Below are positions 19,394 through 28,533 of a stretch of DNA of 64,000 bases, one piece after another. The stretch is from Nanobdellota archaeon (GTDB taxonomy: Archaea > Nanobdellota > Nanobdellia > Pacearchaeales > GW2011-AR1): NCBI GenBank assembly GCA_021799535.1, contig JAJZAH010000002.1, forward strand, positions 80,950-144,949. Direction: 5' to 3'. Every line of letters starts with the position of its first letter. Position 1 is the stretch's first letter. The translations under genes were made by a program, and so were the position numbers. The notes below the pieces were generated by a model that saw nothing but the letters and a program-made list of their open reading frames with translations, was not told where the DNA came from and searched no databases.

Positions 19394-20005
19394 CTAATAC
19401 TTATATCTTCCTCTTTTTTCAATCGCTTTAAGGCGTTCGAAGACTTTTTTTGCCTCTTCTTTGCCAATTGATTCATAACCTTCTTCGAATGATCCGAAAA
19501 GTTTTTCCCAATTCTCGAAATGCCTTGCTTCAAGAGCCTCTTTCAATAAATGTATATCTACCCCTTTTTGCTCATATTTTCCGTTGAACGAGCCAAGGCC
19601 GAAATCAACGATATAAATTTCTCCATTTTTCAATATCATGTTTGAAGTTGTTAAGTCTCCGTGGATAATCCCTTCCCTGTGGAGCTTTCCGACTTCAATT
19701 CCGACTTTTTTCATAGTTTCTTCCTGTTTCTTTTCTTCATACGAATTGAGTTCATCTGAAAGCTTATCCCCCTCTATGAATGGTATCAATATTGCATTTT
19801 CTTTTTCTGTTTCTTCTGGTTTTGGGGCATTAATCACTTCAGAAGCTTTTTTTAGTATTTTTGTTTCGGCTTTTGTTCTTCTTTTTATTATCTTCTTATC
19901 AAGTTCAGGCAGTCTGTATCCTTTTTTGAGCCTTTCTTTTATGACTTTGTCGTCTTCGAGATAAATTACGGCTTCAGCGCCACGTGATAGAATCTTTTTA
20001 TTCAT
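19394..20005 (-). CDS. bud32: KEOPS complex kinase Bud32
   Basis: GAEA, KERLKKGYR, IIHGDLTTSNMI, VDFGL, EKRGRY. Confidence 0.95.
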   Translation of the reverse strand: MNKKILSRGAEAVIYLEDDKVIKERLKKGYRLPELDKKIIKRRTKAETKILKKASEVINAPKPEETEKENAILIPFIEGDKLSDELNSYEEKKQEETMKKVGIEVGKLHREGIIHGDLTTSNMILKNGEIYIVDFGLGSFNGKYEQKGVDIHLLKEALEARHFENWEKLFGSFEEGYESIGKEEAKKVFERLKAIEKRGRYKY

Positions 20006-20040
20006 AAAAAAATAGAGAAAAGAAGCAGTTTTAAGGTTTT

Positions 20041-20454
20041 TCATTTCTCATCCCAGAAGATTATAAGAGCCATACTAATCAGTACAGCGAAATCAACAAT
20101 CATACAATATTCGCATATGGCCTTTATTACGAAAAACTGAAGATATAAAAAATAAAGTGCAAGCACGGATCCGATCATCACACCCGCAGTTATTGCTATC
20201 TTTTGGTATTTTTTAGGTCTTTTGAGCTCAAAAAAAGCGAGGAGTGCCAGGAGGGGGAAAGCGACGAGTCCTATGTGGGCATTTTTTATCCCAAAGAAAA
20301 TTGTTTCATACGAGGAATTTTGGACTGTTGAGCAACTTGTGCCTCCCACTAAACCACATGCTTGCTCTATTGACATGAAAGACAACACTATAGACGTGGC
20401 TGTTGCAAGGATCATCAGCCCGATTATTATCTTGTACTTGGTTTCTCTTTTCAT
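20041..20454 (-). CDS. Vitamin K epoxide reductase (VKOR) family protein
   Basis: C..SCSTVQNSSY, QFFVIKAICEYC (CxxC), TM helices. Confidence 0.88.
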   Translation of the reverse strand: MKRETKYKIIIGLMILATATSIVLSFMSIEQACGLVGGTSCSTVQNSSYETIFFGIKNAHIGLVAFPLLALLAFFELKRPKKYQKIAITAGVMIGSVLALYFLYLQFFVIKAICEYCMIVDFAVLISMALIIFWDEK

Positions 20455-20502
20455 TTCCTTAAAAGAATTTTTTGATATAAAAGGGTTATGGATAAACTAG
20501 TT

Positions 20503-21774
20503 TCATATAACTTTTATTTGTGTGATGCTCATCTCTTCCATTTTCTTCTTATTTTTCCCGGACCAGTCCTTTATGAATTCTGCTGGAGAGAAATCTATTC
20601 TTTTTTTTGCATAGACCCTTGAGTTTTTTACAAAGACGCTGATGTGCTCTTTTTTGAATCTTGAAACATTCTTTGCGTCGTCTTTTTTCGGGCCAGTTAA
20701 TATTACTTCTCTCCTGCTCTTCAGTATAAAATATCCTTTTCCAGTCTTCTCCCCGTAATATTCGAAATCTTTTTTTAATATTTTAAAATCCCTTGATAAT
20801 TCTCTTTCGAGATGATTGAAAAATTTAAGGAGCTTTGTCCCGGCAATATCTCCTTTTTCTTTTCTGGTTGCAAGTTCAATTATGAGGGTTTCTTTTCCTG
20901 GTCCGGGAGAGGGAATCCTTGAAAAATCTATACTCGCCTGTTCGAAAAATTTTTTTGACGGGCTTTTTAGAAATTTAGATGCATATTTTTTGAATCTTTC
21001 AAATGTCTCTTTTGAAAGCCCGGCAAGAGCATTCCTTTCCCTATAAGTTGGGTCAACAAGGATTATTGGCGAGTCAAGTTTTGATCCATTCATATCCATC
21101 AGCACATCTTTTTTTTTGTAATGTTTCTCTATATCTATTACAGTCTTTTCGTTAGATTTTTTTGATAATGCTCTTAGTAATTTTTCAAATCCCCCGAAAT
21201 GGTAAACCAGAAGTTCCAGAGAGTATCCGCTGAATCCTTTTATGTATGACTCTGCTCCGTAAGTTTTTGTCGCATAGCAGAAAGCCTTCGCCAACTTTAT
21301 CCCTTCGATAACCTTCCTATCCTTTACATTCTTTTTTATATAATTAACATGGAGGTAGCTCAGATCTGTCACATTCTGCGCTTCTTTAGGGCTTTTTATC
21401 CTTTTGACGGGGACAATTTCAAAAAATAAGCTTGAGCTGATGTTCACCTTAAAGTAATCTCTTGATCCGTGTGAGACGGATATCCCTTTTATCCTAGATA
21501 AAACTTTTTTCGAGATTTTGGGATATTCCTCTTCTTTGTACCTTTTCCCTAGCCTTAAGAAAATATCCACATCGTAGGATTTTTTCCTTATGAGTGTGCC
21601 TTTTGCATAGCTCCCGCCTATAAAAATATCAGCGTCTATGCGTGATCTTTTGATATTTTTCCTTGCTTTTGAAAGGAACTTTTCTAAAATTCTTCTTATC
21701 CCGCCCATTTCTTCTTCTGACGGGCTTATTTTTTCAAGGATTTCCTTCGTGACAGATTCGACTTTTCTGGTCAT
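20503..21774 (-). CDS. cca: Archaeal class I CCA-adding enzyme
   Basis: GGSYAKGT..DVDIF, YGAESYIKGFSGYSLELL, LVDPT..RNA; the tRNAs here lack encoded CCA. Confidence 0.92.
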   Translation of the reverse strand: MTRKVESVTKEILEKISPSEEEMGGIRRILEKFLSKARKNIKRSRIDADIFIGGSYAKGTLIRKKSYDVDIFLRLGKRYKEEEYPKISKKVLSRIKGISVSHGSRDYFKVNISSSLFFEIVPVKRIKSPKEAQNVTDLSYLHVNYIKKNVKDRKVIEGIKLAKAFCYATKTYGAESYIKGFSGYSLELLVYHFGGFEKLLRALSKKSNEKTVIDIEKHYKKKDVLMDMNGSKLDSPIILVDPTYRERNALAGLSKETFERFKKYASKFLKSPSKKFFEQASIDFSRIPSPGPGKETLIIELATRKEKGDIAGTKLLKFFNHLERELSRDFKILKKDFEYYGEKTGKGYFILKSRREVILTGPKKDDAKNVSRFKKEHISVFVKNSRVYAKKRIDFSPAEFIKDWSGKNKKKMEEMSITQIKVI

Positions 21775-21823
21775 GGAACTAATTGCCTTTAGAGGTTTTT
21801 AATCCTATTCAATTATTGGGAGG

Positions 21824-22228
21824 TTACTCTTTTTTGGGCTGTTCGGGGATATCCTCTGAGCTGATTTGTAAAGTTCTGGCTATATCAATGAGATATTTAC
21901 CTTCTTCGAGCTTGTAAACGAGTGGCTTTTTTTTATTGAATATCTTAGATAAGTCCAGTTCAAATTTGCCGTCACCTGTCACTCTGACCGATTCGAAGTC
22001 CAATATTACGGGCGCATTTTCTTCCTCGATGCCGGCAATTTCTCTCACGTCATCTTCTATCTTTTCTTTATCTTCTTCAGGGATTTCGACTATCTTGTTT
22101 TTCAACCTTTCGAATTGTTCATCCCTTACATAAAAAAAGAATCTGCTTCCGCATTCCGCACATCCTTCAAGTAGCTCACGGCTTGCGGCAGGTATTACTC
22201 TTGAGCATTTGACGCACTGGTGTGGCAT
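21824..22228 (-). CDS. Zn-ribbon protein (OapC/DUF2072-like)
   Basis: MPHQCVKC..GCAECGSRFFFY, GKFELDL, EGKYLID. Confidence 0.85.
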   Translation of the reverse strand: MPHQCVKCSRVIPAASRELLEGCAECGSRFFFYVRDEQFERLKNKIVEIPEEDKEKIEDDVREIAGIEEENAPVILDFESVRVTGDGKFELDLSKIFNKKKPLVYKLEEGKYLIDIARTLQISSEDIPEQPKKE

Positions 22229-22312
22229 TATTGGAAAAGGATCATTAGATTAATAAATTTTTAGGAAAAATCATCTCTGATAAAAGTAGGTTATAAATCT
22301 CACTGATTTGCT

Positions 22313-22720
22313 CTATTTGTTCAACATAAGTTCAATTTTCTTCGGATCTCTTTTTATCTCTTTTACAACCGATGCTGGTCCTATTATTGTCACAGCTCCA
22401 ATGTCCCCTCCCGAGAGGCTCATTACTATCCTGTTTTTTATCCTGTCTATTGCACCAGTCTGATCATCAGAGCTTATCACTGCAAGTTCTATACCTTTGA
22501 AACTCTTGACATGACCTATCATAGCCATAGTGTCTTCAATCAATCTTGTTTCTTCTTCTGGTCTGAGTCTGCCTTGGAGTATGAGAATGTAATTTTCGAA
22601 AGCTATCTCAAGGATTTTTTTTATTCTTTCCGTGCTGGTCAGGTTTTTTATTTCTGAATAAGGCATGAATCTTATCGCAAATCCATTTATTTTTCTTGGT
22701 TTTTGGATCTTTTTTGCCAT
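22313..22720 (-). CDS. OapB/DUF2073-like protein
   Basis: ERIKKIL..LRPEEETRLIEDTM..FKGIE..TIIGPA..IKRDP. Confidence 0.85.
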   Translation of the reverse strand: MAKKIQKPRKINGFAIRFMPYSEIKNLTSTERIKKILEIAFENYILILQGRLRPEEETRLIEDTMAMIGHVKSFKGIELAVISSDDQTGAIDRIKNRIVMSLSGGDIGAVTIIGPASVVKEIKRDPKKIELMLNK

Positions 22721-22737
22721 TTATTCTCCTTCCCTTT

Positions 22738-23382
22738 TTATTTTGACCTTTTTGAAATTTTGAAAATCTCCTCGTAGAATTCCTCAAAATTCTTTCCGTA
22801 CTTTGCGCTTATCCCTATGACTTTATATTCGGGGAAAGCCTCTTCGATTTTTTTTGTATTCGCCTTTCTGAGGTCTGATTTATTAGCAACAATAAGAATT
22901 GGGATTTTTCTTGCAACAAGATTTCCAATCAAAGTTATGTTTACCTGGTTGTAGGGATTTTCTGTGGCATCCAAAACCACCACTACCACATCCATATCAT
23001 CAAGCCATTTTATGCTTTCGATTATTCCCTGGGTTGCCTCTTTTGCCCTTATCTTTGCGTCTTTCGTGTTCACTTTGTACTTAAGGAATTCTTCATAATC
23101 AACCTTTGTCGCAATCCCGGGTGTATCTACCATTTTGAAGGTCATGGATTTTCCCTTGTAAGATATCTCTACTTTCTCCTTGAACTGGACTTCTCTTGTT
23201 TCATGCGGGATCTTTGAGACTGATCCTATCTCTTCTCCTGTGAAATCCTTACATATCCTATTTGCCAAACTTGTTTTGCCTGCATTGGGAGGGCCGTAAA
23301 ACCCGAGTTTTATCTCTTTTTTGTTCTGGAATACCCCGGAGAAAATTCTCCTAAAAAAACTCGTCACGACTTTTATTGCCAT
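22738..23382 (-). CDS. Era-like GTP-binding protein (OapA-like)
   Basis: GPPNAGKTSLANRI, PHETR, DTPG, NKSD, SAK. Confidence 0.88.
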   Translation of the reverse strand: MAIKVVTSFFRRIFSGVFQNKKEIKLGFYGPPNAGKTSLANRICKDFTGEEIGSVSKIPHETREVQFKEKVEISYKGKSMTFKMVDTPGIATKVDYEEFLKYKVNTKDAKIRAKEATQGIIESIKWLDDMDVVVVVLDATENPYNQVNITLIGNLVARKIPILIVANKSDLRKANTKKIEEAFPEYKVIGISAKYGKNFEEFYEEIFKISKRSK

Positions 23383-23440
23383 ATTACCTGTTTATCTTTT
23401 TTCTTTATTAAATTTTGTATCTTATTTTTGGGCAGTATTT

Positions 23441-25972
23441 TCACGGCATCCCGGTCTTTTTACCGTGGTATTTCTTCAGTAGATAAGTTATCTGTTCTCC
23501 CTTCCATCCCGATTTTAAAAGATTCTTTCTTATCTCGCTCTCTTCAACGCCGTTTTTTATCGAGTTGGTTATATAGAAAATTGCATTGTAGAGCTGGTTT
23601 TTGTCAGGGAACAAATACTTTTCATACCTTTTGTTATACCACAGCTTAAGGAGGAAATATGCCCCGACTCCCAACACTATAACTCCCAGGATTCCAAGCA
23701 CGACGATCCATGTGTTGTCTTTTGACTGTGTTATGGCCGGGTTCGAAACCGCCTGTATGTTTTCAGGAGCTATAAAAAAGCTGTAAAAATTTCCAAGATC
23801 CTGTCCTGTTGAAAATTGGACAGTTTTTACAGAAGGGCCTAGCTGCAGGTATGAGTATCCATTTGCTGACTGGATCCCGGAGCTATTGTCGAAATTCATT
23901 CCCTGTGAGACGGGGAAGACCAGATAGTATGATTCGTTTATTGCCTGTTTTGGAGTTATCGTTATTGTATAAAAATTTATGGGGATCTTTGACCCGTCGT
24001 CCATCTGGACAATTATTTTAGTTGATGAGATTTTTGAGTCTACGTTATTGAAGTCCCAGTATGATGCGTAACTTGCGCCGCTTGCTGGATACACCGTCCC
24101 GGTTATTTTCCCAAGAGTATTTAAGTCGATTGTGTTGTTGTCAGATACAAGGGGGATGTCCATCGACGAAGTTTTTATAAGGTTCTTTGGTACTTTAAGA
24201 TCAATCAATTCCCCAAGTATCTTTTCATAATCTGCATTTGAGGATGCCGAGGAATTCATTGATTGTATTGAACTGAAACTTGCTGATATATTGGATATTC
24301 CAAGGATTTGATCTAGCTTATCTTTCTGGAACTGGTTCATTGAGGAAATCTGGGACTCAAAAGATGATAACAGTCCTTTTTTTATTCCCATTTCCTGGCT
24401 TATAAAATTTTTTGCCGGAAGGATTTGGACTGTGAAATCCTCAGATAAACTTATTCCGTTATAATGAGCTGATATCTTGACTGTATAGTTTCCCGTTGAA
24501 TTGTAAGTGTGTGAGATTGAAGGGGAGTAGCTTGTGGCCGTAGATGAATTGTCGCCGAAGTTCCAGCTGTATTGTGCTACATTTATCCCTGATGGAACAG
24601 AGACAAGGAATGTCACGGGGAATCCAGCAGCGTATTCTGTGGGATATATGTTCATGGGAAATTCCTGAATTGATATCTTTTTTGTGAAAAGCTTTGTCCC
24701 GTTAAAGCTTAAGCTGTAATCGTTTGTGCCAAGTATCGAAGGGGACAGTGGGATTTTGAAAAAATCGCCCAACGATAAGATTTGTGGTGTTGAGTTTACA
24801 AGCGAGCCAACTTTTTGGAGATCATATAATGTTGACAAGGATGTCGGAGCGAAACCTGAAATTGAATAGCTGACAAATAAGCTTGATACATTTACATCCT
24901 GGCTTGCAGAGGAAATAATTTCTATCGGGATATAGCATCCGTTTGTGCATCCTTCAGGATAATTTGTGGATATGTAATTTTGTACAACTGAAGAGATTCT
25001 TGTTCCGTCAGGGAGTAGATTGTTTATCCCAAAGTTTCCCGGAGTTGCGAAATAGAATGGTTTCACGCCCAGAGCATAGGTCGCCGTTTCATTTTCCGGA
25101 GGCACTCCCGGAAATCCGCAATTCCCTGTTCGAGACTGATACCCTTCGGTTTTGTAATCTCCGGAGTTCGATCCATCTGTCGCGCAGATGTAATAATTTC
25201 CCTGCTGTACTGAAGTGTTCAAATCGCAAAATGCCTCAGAGCCTGATGTTGAAATGCTTGAATTGAAGATATTGCATGATTTTATTTTTATGCCTGCTGC
25301 ATTAACTAATGTTATTGTGATTCCCGGGCTTGTTCCGGTTCTTTGAAACCAGCCGCCAGCTTCTATATCGGGAGCTTCGCTTAGAGTTATATTCTGGCAA
25401 AGAGGAATATCTTTTGAAAGCACAGCTACTGATGATTGCACGCTTGAGTCATAGCATCCATAATTTGCATTTCCAAGCTGTGTGCTCTTTTTTGTATTTT
25501 TTATTTCATAGCTCTTGTTATCTAATATATCTATTCTTATTTGGTTTAAGGGAGAGTTTCCGGCGTTGCTTGACACGTTGAATGAAACTAAATTTACGCC
25601 GGAAATTTGTCCTTTAAGTATGAATCCGATTGTTTTATTTTTCCCTCCGTTTATGGTAAAATATTTTGAACTTTGGGGGTTTGACCCAGTGTAAGATGAG
25701 GCACAATAGGGGAAAGTGCAATTGTACTTATAGTCGGAACCAGTAAGAAGGTCTTTGAGGGGGACCGAGTTACCGAATGAATCTGTGAAAAGCGCTGTTG
25801 CCGGTTGGTTACTGAATGATGCGTTAATTATAAACCCTGTTATTGAAGACCCTCTTGAATAATTTGTGTTTATTGAATAATTCTTAAAAGAATAGCTTGC
25901 TGAAACTGACGAAATCAACAAAACAAACATGGCTCCCGCGAGAAAATAGTTCAGGCCCTCTTTTTTTTTCAT
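23441..25972 (-). CDS. Large cell-surface protein with PKD domain and C-terminal membrane anchor
   Basis: Signal peptide; S/N/T-rich with many sequons; YSWNFGD..HTYNSTGNYTV; TM near the C-terminus. Confidence 0.82.
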   Translation of the reverse strand: MKKKEGLNYFLAGAMFVLLISSVSASYSFKNYSINTNYSRGSSITGFIINASFSNQPATALFTDSFGNSVPLKDLLTGSDYKYNCTFPYCASSYTGSNPQSSKYFTINGGKNKTIGFILKGQISGVNLVSFNVSSNAGNSPLNQIRIDILDNKSYEIKNTKKSTQLGNANYGCYDSSVQSSVAVLSKDIPLCQNITLSEAPDIEAGGWFQRTGTSPGITITLVNAAGIKIKSCNIFNSSISTSGSEAFCDLNTSVQQGNYYICATDGSNSGDYKTEGYQSRTGNCGFPGVPPENETATYALGVKPFYFATPGNFGINNLLPDGTRISSVVQNYISTNYPEGCTNGCYIPIEIISSASQDVNVSSLFVSYSISGFAPTSLSTLYDLQKVGSLVNSTPQILSLGDFFKIPLSPSILGTNDYSLSFNGTKLFTKKISIQEFPMNIYPTEYAAGFPVTFLVSVPSGINVAQYSWNFGDNSSTATSYSPSISHTYNSTGNYTVKISAHYNGISLSEDFTVQILPAKNFISQEMGIKKGLLSSFESQISSMNQFQKDKLDQILGISNISASFSSIQSMNSSASSNADYEKILGELIDLKVPKNLIKTSSMDIPLVSDNNTIDLNTLGKITGTVYPASGASYASYWDFNNVDSKISSTKIIVQMDDGSKIPINFYTITITPKQAINESYYLVFPVSQGMNFDNSSGIQSANGYSYLQLGPSVKTVQFSTGQDLGNFYSFFIAPENIQAVSNPAITQSKDNTWIVVLGILGVIVLGVGAYFLLKLWYNKRYEKYLFPDKNQLYNAIFYITNSIKNGVEESEIRKNLLKSGWKGEQITYLLKKYHGKKTGMP

Positions 25973-26023
25973 TCATAGGAATAAGGAGGAGATGTTTATA
26001 AAGATTTTTGGTACATTCCTGAT

Positions 26024-26605
26024 TCATCGGCGTCGTTTTGCGCTCCGATTCATGAATGCCACATAGTTTTTGGTCTCATCCGGAGCTTTTTTCATGTTCC
26101 ATCTGCTGGCTTTAAGGTTCCCGTACCCCCAGTTGTAGCCTGCGATTATCAAATCTCTTTTTTCTTTGTTGTTTAATCTTTCCCAGCGAGGATTATTTTC
26201 GGATATGGCTCTTACCAGCCAGTTCAAATATTTTATCCCGGTCTCAAGGTTTTCTTCCGGATTGAACCATTGTTCCTCATAAGAAATCCCCGGATTCACA
26301 TCTTCCCATGCTGTGCGGGTAAGTTGCATTAGCCCTCTGGCCCCTGTCTTTTGGTTCACTGCCATAAAATTGAATGCAGACTCCCGATTTATCATATCTT
26401 CGATAGACTCGGGGGAAAGATATTTATTTTTTAGCTTTTTTGATGAAATGAAATCTCTTATATCTTCCTTAGATGGCGGGACATATATTGTGATATACTC
26501 CTTATATCGAGTCTTATGATCACTAAGATAACTTTCGCCCGTTTTTTTTGTGGTTGCCGGGATCAGGAGTGCTGCAAGGAGTGCTGCGTAAACTGTTTTT
26601 TTCAT
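26024..26605 (-). CDS. Lytic transglycosylase (SLT domain), probably secreted
   Basis: INRESAFN (catalytic Glu), GARGLMQL, NLETGIKYL, AGYNWG, ETKNYV. Confidence 0.9.
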   Translation of the reverse strand: MKKTVYAALLAALLIPATTKKTGESYLSDHKTRYKEYITIYVPPSKEDIRDFISSKKLKNKYLSPESIEDMINRESAFNFMAVNQKTGARGLMQLTRTAWEDVNPGISYEEQWFNPEENLETGIKYLNWLVRAISENNPRWERLNNKEKRDLIIAGYNWGYGNLKASRWNMKKAPDETKNYVAFMNRSAKRRR

Positions 26606-26726
26606 GACTTTTCACCGTTAAAGATAATTTTTATGGTTTATTTTTAAATTTTGTGTATCAATCAGTTGTACCTTTTCTGACAAATTTTTTATATAAATTT
26701 ATAAAATAGAGCCTGTTTAATCTAAC

Positions 26727-28445
26727 ATGAAAATTTTAACCTTGCATGTGGATTATATTGAGTGGGAAGGTCTGAAAAAAGCCATCAAAGATATAGATGA
26801 GCTTCCAGCTGAGGAGACTTCCCGGAAGAGGGTTGAAGAGGCGCTTGTTATTCTTACGGCCGTCGAAAAAGAAGACGGCATAAAAAGTGCTGAAGAACTT
26901 GTGAAAAATGTAAAAGAAATTTCAGGTAAAGTCGGAACGAAAAGAATAGTCCTTTACCCTTATGCCCATCTTTCAAGGAATCTTGGCTCGCCTGAAAAAG
27001 CTGTCGAGATACTCAAAGAGTCGGAAAGGGAACTCAAGGAAGGCGGCTATGAAGTTTCAAGAGCCCCTTTCGGTTATTATAAAACTTTTGAACTTCGCGT
27101 GAAAGGACATCCTTTGTCTGAACTTTCAAGAGAAATCATTATAAAGGCAGATGAGGCCGAGCTTTCGCCTGAAGAAAGGAAAAGACTTTGGAAAGTGATG
27201 GAGAAAAATAAGTCTCAGTCGATAAGGGGAAAAGATGACCGCAAAAGCAATGTTGAACTTGGAAAGGAGCTTGACCTTTACATAGTTAACGATGTCGTGG
27301 GGCAGGGTCTTCCTCTCCTTACTCCAAAGGGAGCTTCGGTAAAAAGGGAAATAGAAAGGTTTATTGTCGATGAAGAATTGAGAAGAGGTTATGAGCATAC
27401 TTCGACCCCGGTGATGGCTAAAAGTGATCTTTACAAGATCTCTGGTCACTGGCAGCATTACAAGGACGGGATGTTTGTCCTTCCTGTTGGGAATGAAGAT
27501 TTCGCCCTTAGACCCATGACATGTCCTTTTCAGTTCGTCCTTTACAAAAGGAAGCCAAGAAGTTACAAAGACCTTCCAAAGAAATATGCAGAAATTGCGA
27601 CTCTTTTCAGAAATGAACAATCAGGTGAGCTGAGGGGTCTGACTCGCGTGAGGCAGTTTACACTTGCCGATGCGCATATAATCTGCATGCCCGAGCAGGT
27701 CGAAGCAGAATTTGGGAAAGTCATGGATTTAATCAATTATGTCATGAAGGTTTTTGGGATTGAAGTTTGGTATAGATTCTCTAAATGGGACCCGAAAAAT
27801 GAAAACAACAAATACATAAACGATCCTAAAGCGTGGGATGAGACGCAGGCAGCAATGAAAAAAATTCTTGACAAGCTAAAGATTAATTATACTGAAGCTG
27901 AAGGAGAGGCGGCGTTTTACGGTCCTAAGCTGGATCTTCAATATAAGGATGTTTACGGCAAAGAGGACACATTGATAACTGTGCAGATAGATTTCTCGAA
28001 CGCCAAGAAATTCGGGATGACTTACCTTGATAAGGACGGAAAGGAGAAAGTTCCGATGATAATTCACAGATCTTCCACAGGTGCAACTGAAAGGGTTATG
28101 TCATACATACTTGAGAAAACTCAGGGTAATCTGCCTTTGTGGCTTAGTCCTATTCAGATTAGGATATTGCCTATGGGTGAGGAGAACAACAATTTTGCTT
28201 TAAAGGTGAAGGAAAAATTTGTAAAAGTTGGGTTCAGGGTTGAGATTGACGACTCTAATGAGAGTCTCGGGAAGAAAGTGAGGAATGCGCAGCTTGAAAG
28301 GGTTTTTTATATGCTGACAGTTGGAGACAAAGAGGAAGAGTCAAAGACTATAAGCGTCAGATCTCGTGACGGAAGCCTTGAGCATGGCGTCAAGGTTTCT
28401 GATTTTGTTTCCCGCGTGAAAAAAGAGATAAGGGAGAGAAAATAA
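26727..28445 (+). CDS. thrS: Threonine--tRNA ligase
   Basis: Archaeal editing domain (YPYAHLS, KGHPLSELSR) plus class II core (SGHW, RPMTCP, GLTRVRQF, AFYGPKLD). Confidence 0.96.
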   Translation: MKILTLHVDYIEWEGLKKAIKDIDELPAEETSRKRVEEALVILTAVEKEDGIKSAEELVKNVKEISGKVGTKRIVLYPYAHLSRNLGSPEKAVEILKESERELKEGGYEVSRAPFGYYKTFELRVKGHPLSELSREIIIKADEAELSPEERKRLWKVMEKNKSQSIRGKDDRKSNVELGKELDLYIVNDVVGQGLPLLTPKGASVKREIERFIVDEELRRGYEHTSTPVMAKSDLYKISGHWQHYKDGMFVLPVGNEDFALRPMTCPFQFVLYKRKPRSYKDLPKKYAEIATLFRNEQSGELRGLTRVRQFTLADAHIICMPEQVEAEFGKVMDLINYVMKVFGIEVWYRFSKWDPKNENNKYINDPKAWDETQAAMKKILDKLKINYTEAEGEAAFYGPKLDLQYKDVYGKEDTLITVQIDFSNAKKFGMTYLDKDGKEKVPMIIHRSSTGATERVMSYILEKTQGNLPLWLSPIQIRILPMGEENNNFALKVKEKFVKVGFRVEIDDSNESLGKKVRNAQLERVFYMLTVGDKEEESKTISVRSRDGSLEHGVKVSDFVSRVKKEIRERK

Positions 28446-28533
28446 CCCCTAATTTATTCTTCTGTCAAGGATTTTTGGAATTATATATTTGGCCCCCCAA
28501 AATTCTTATAAACTAGACAATTTATCCTTAAGG

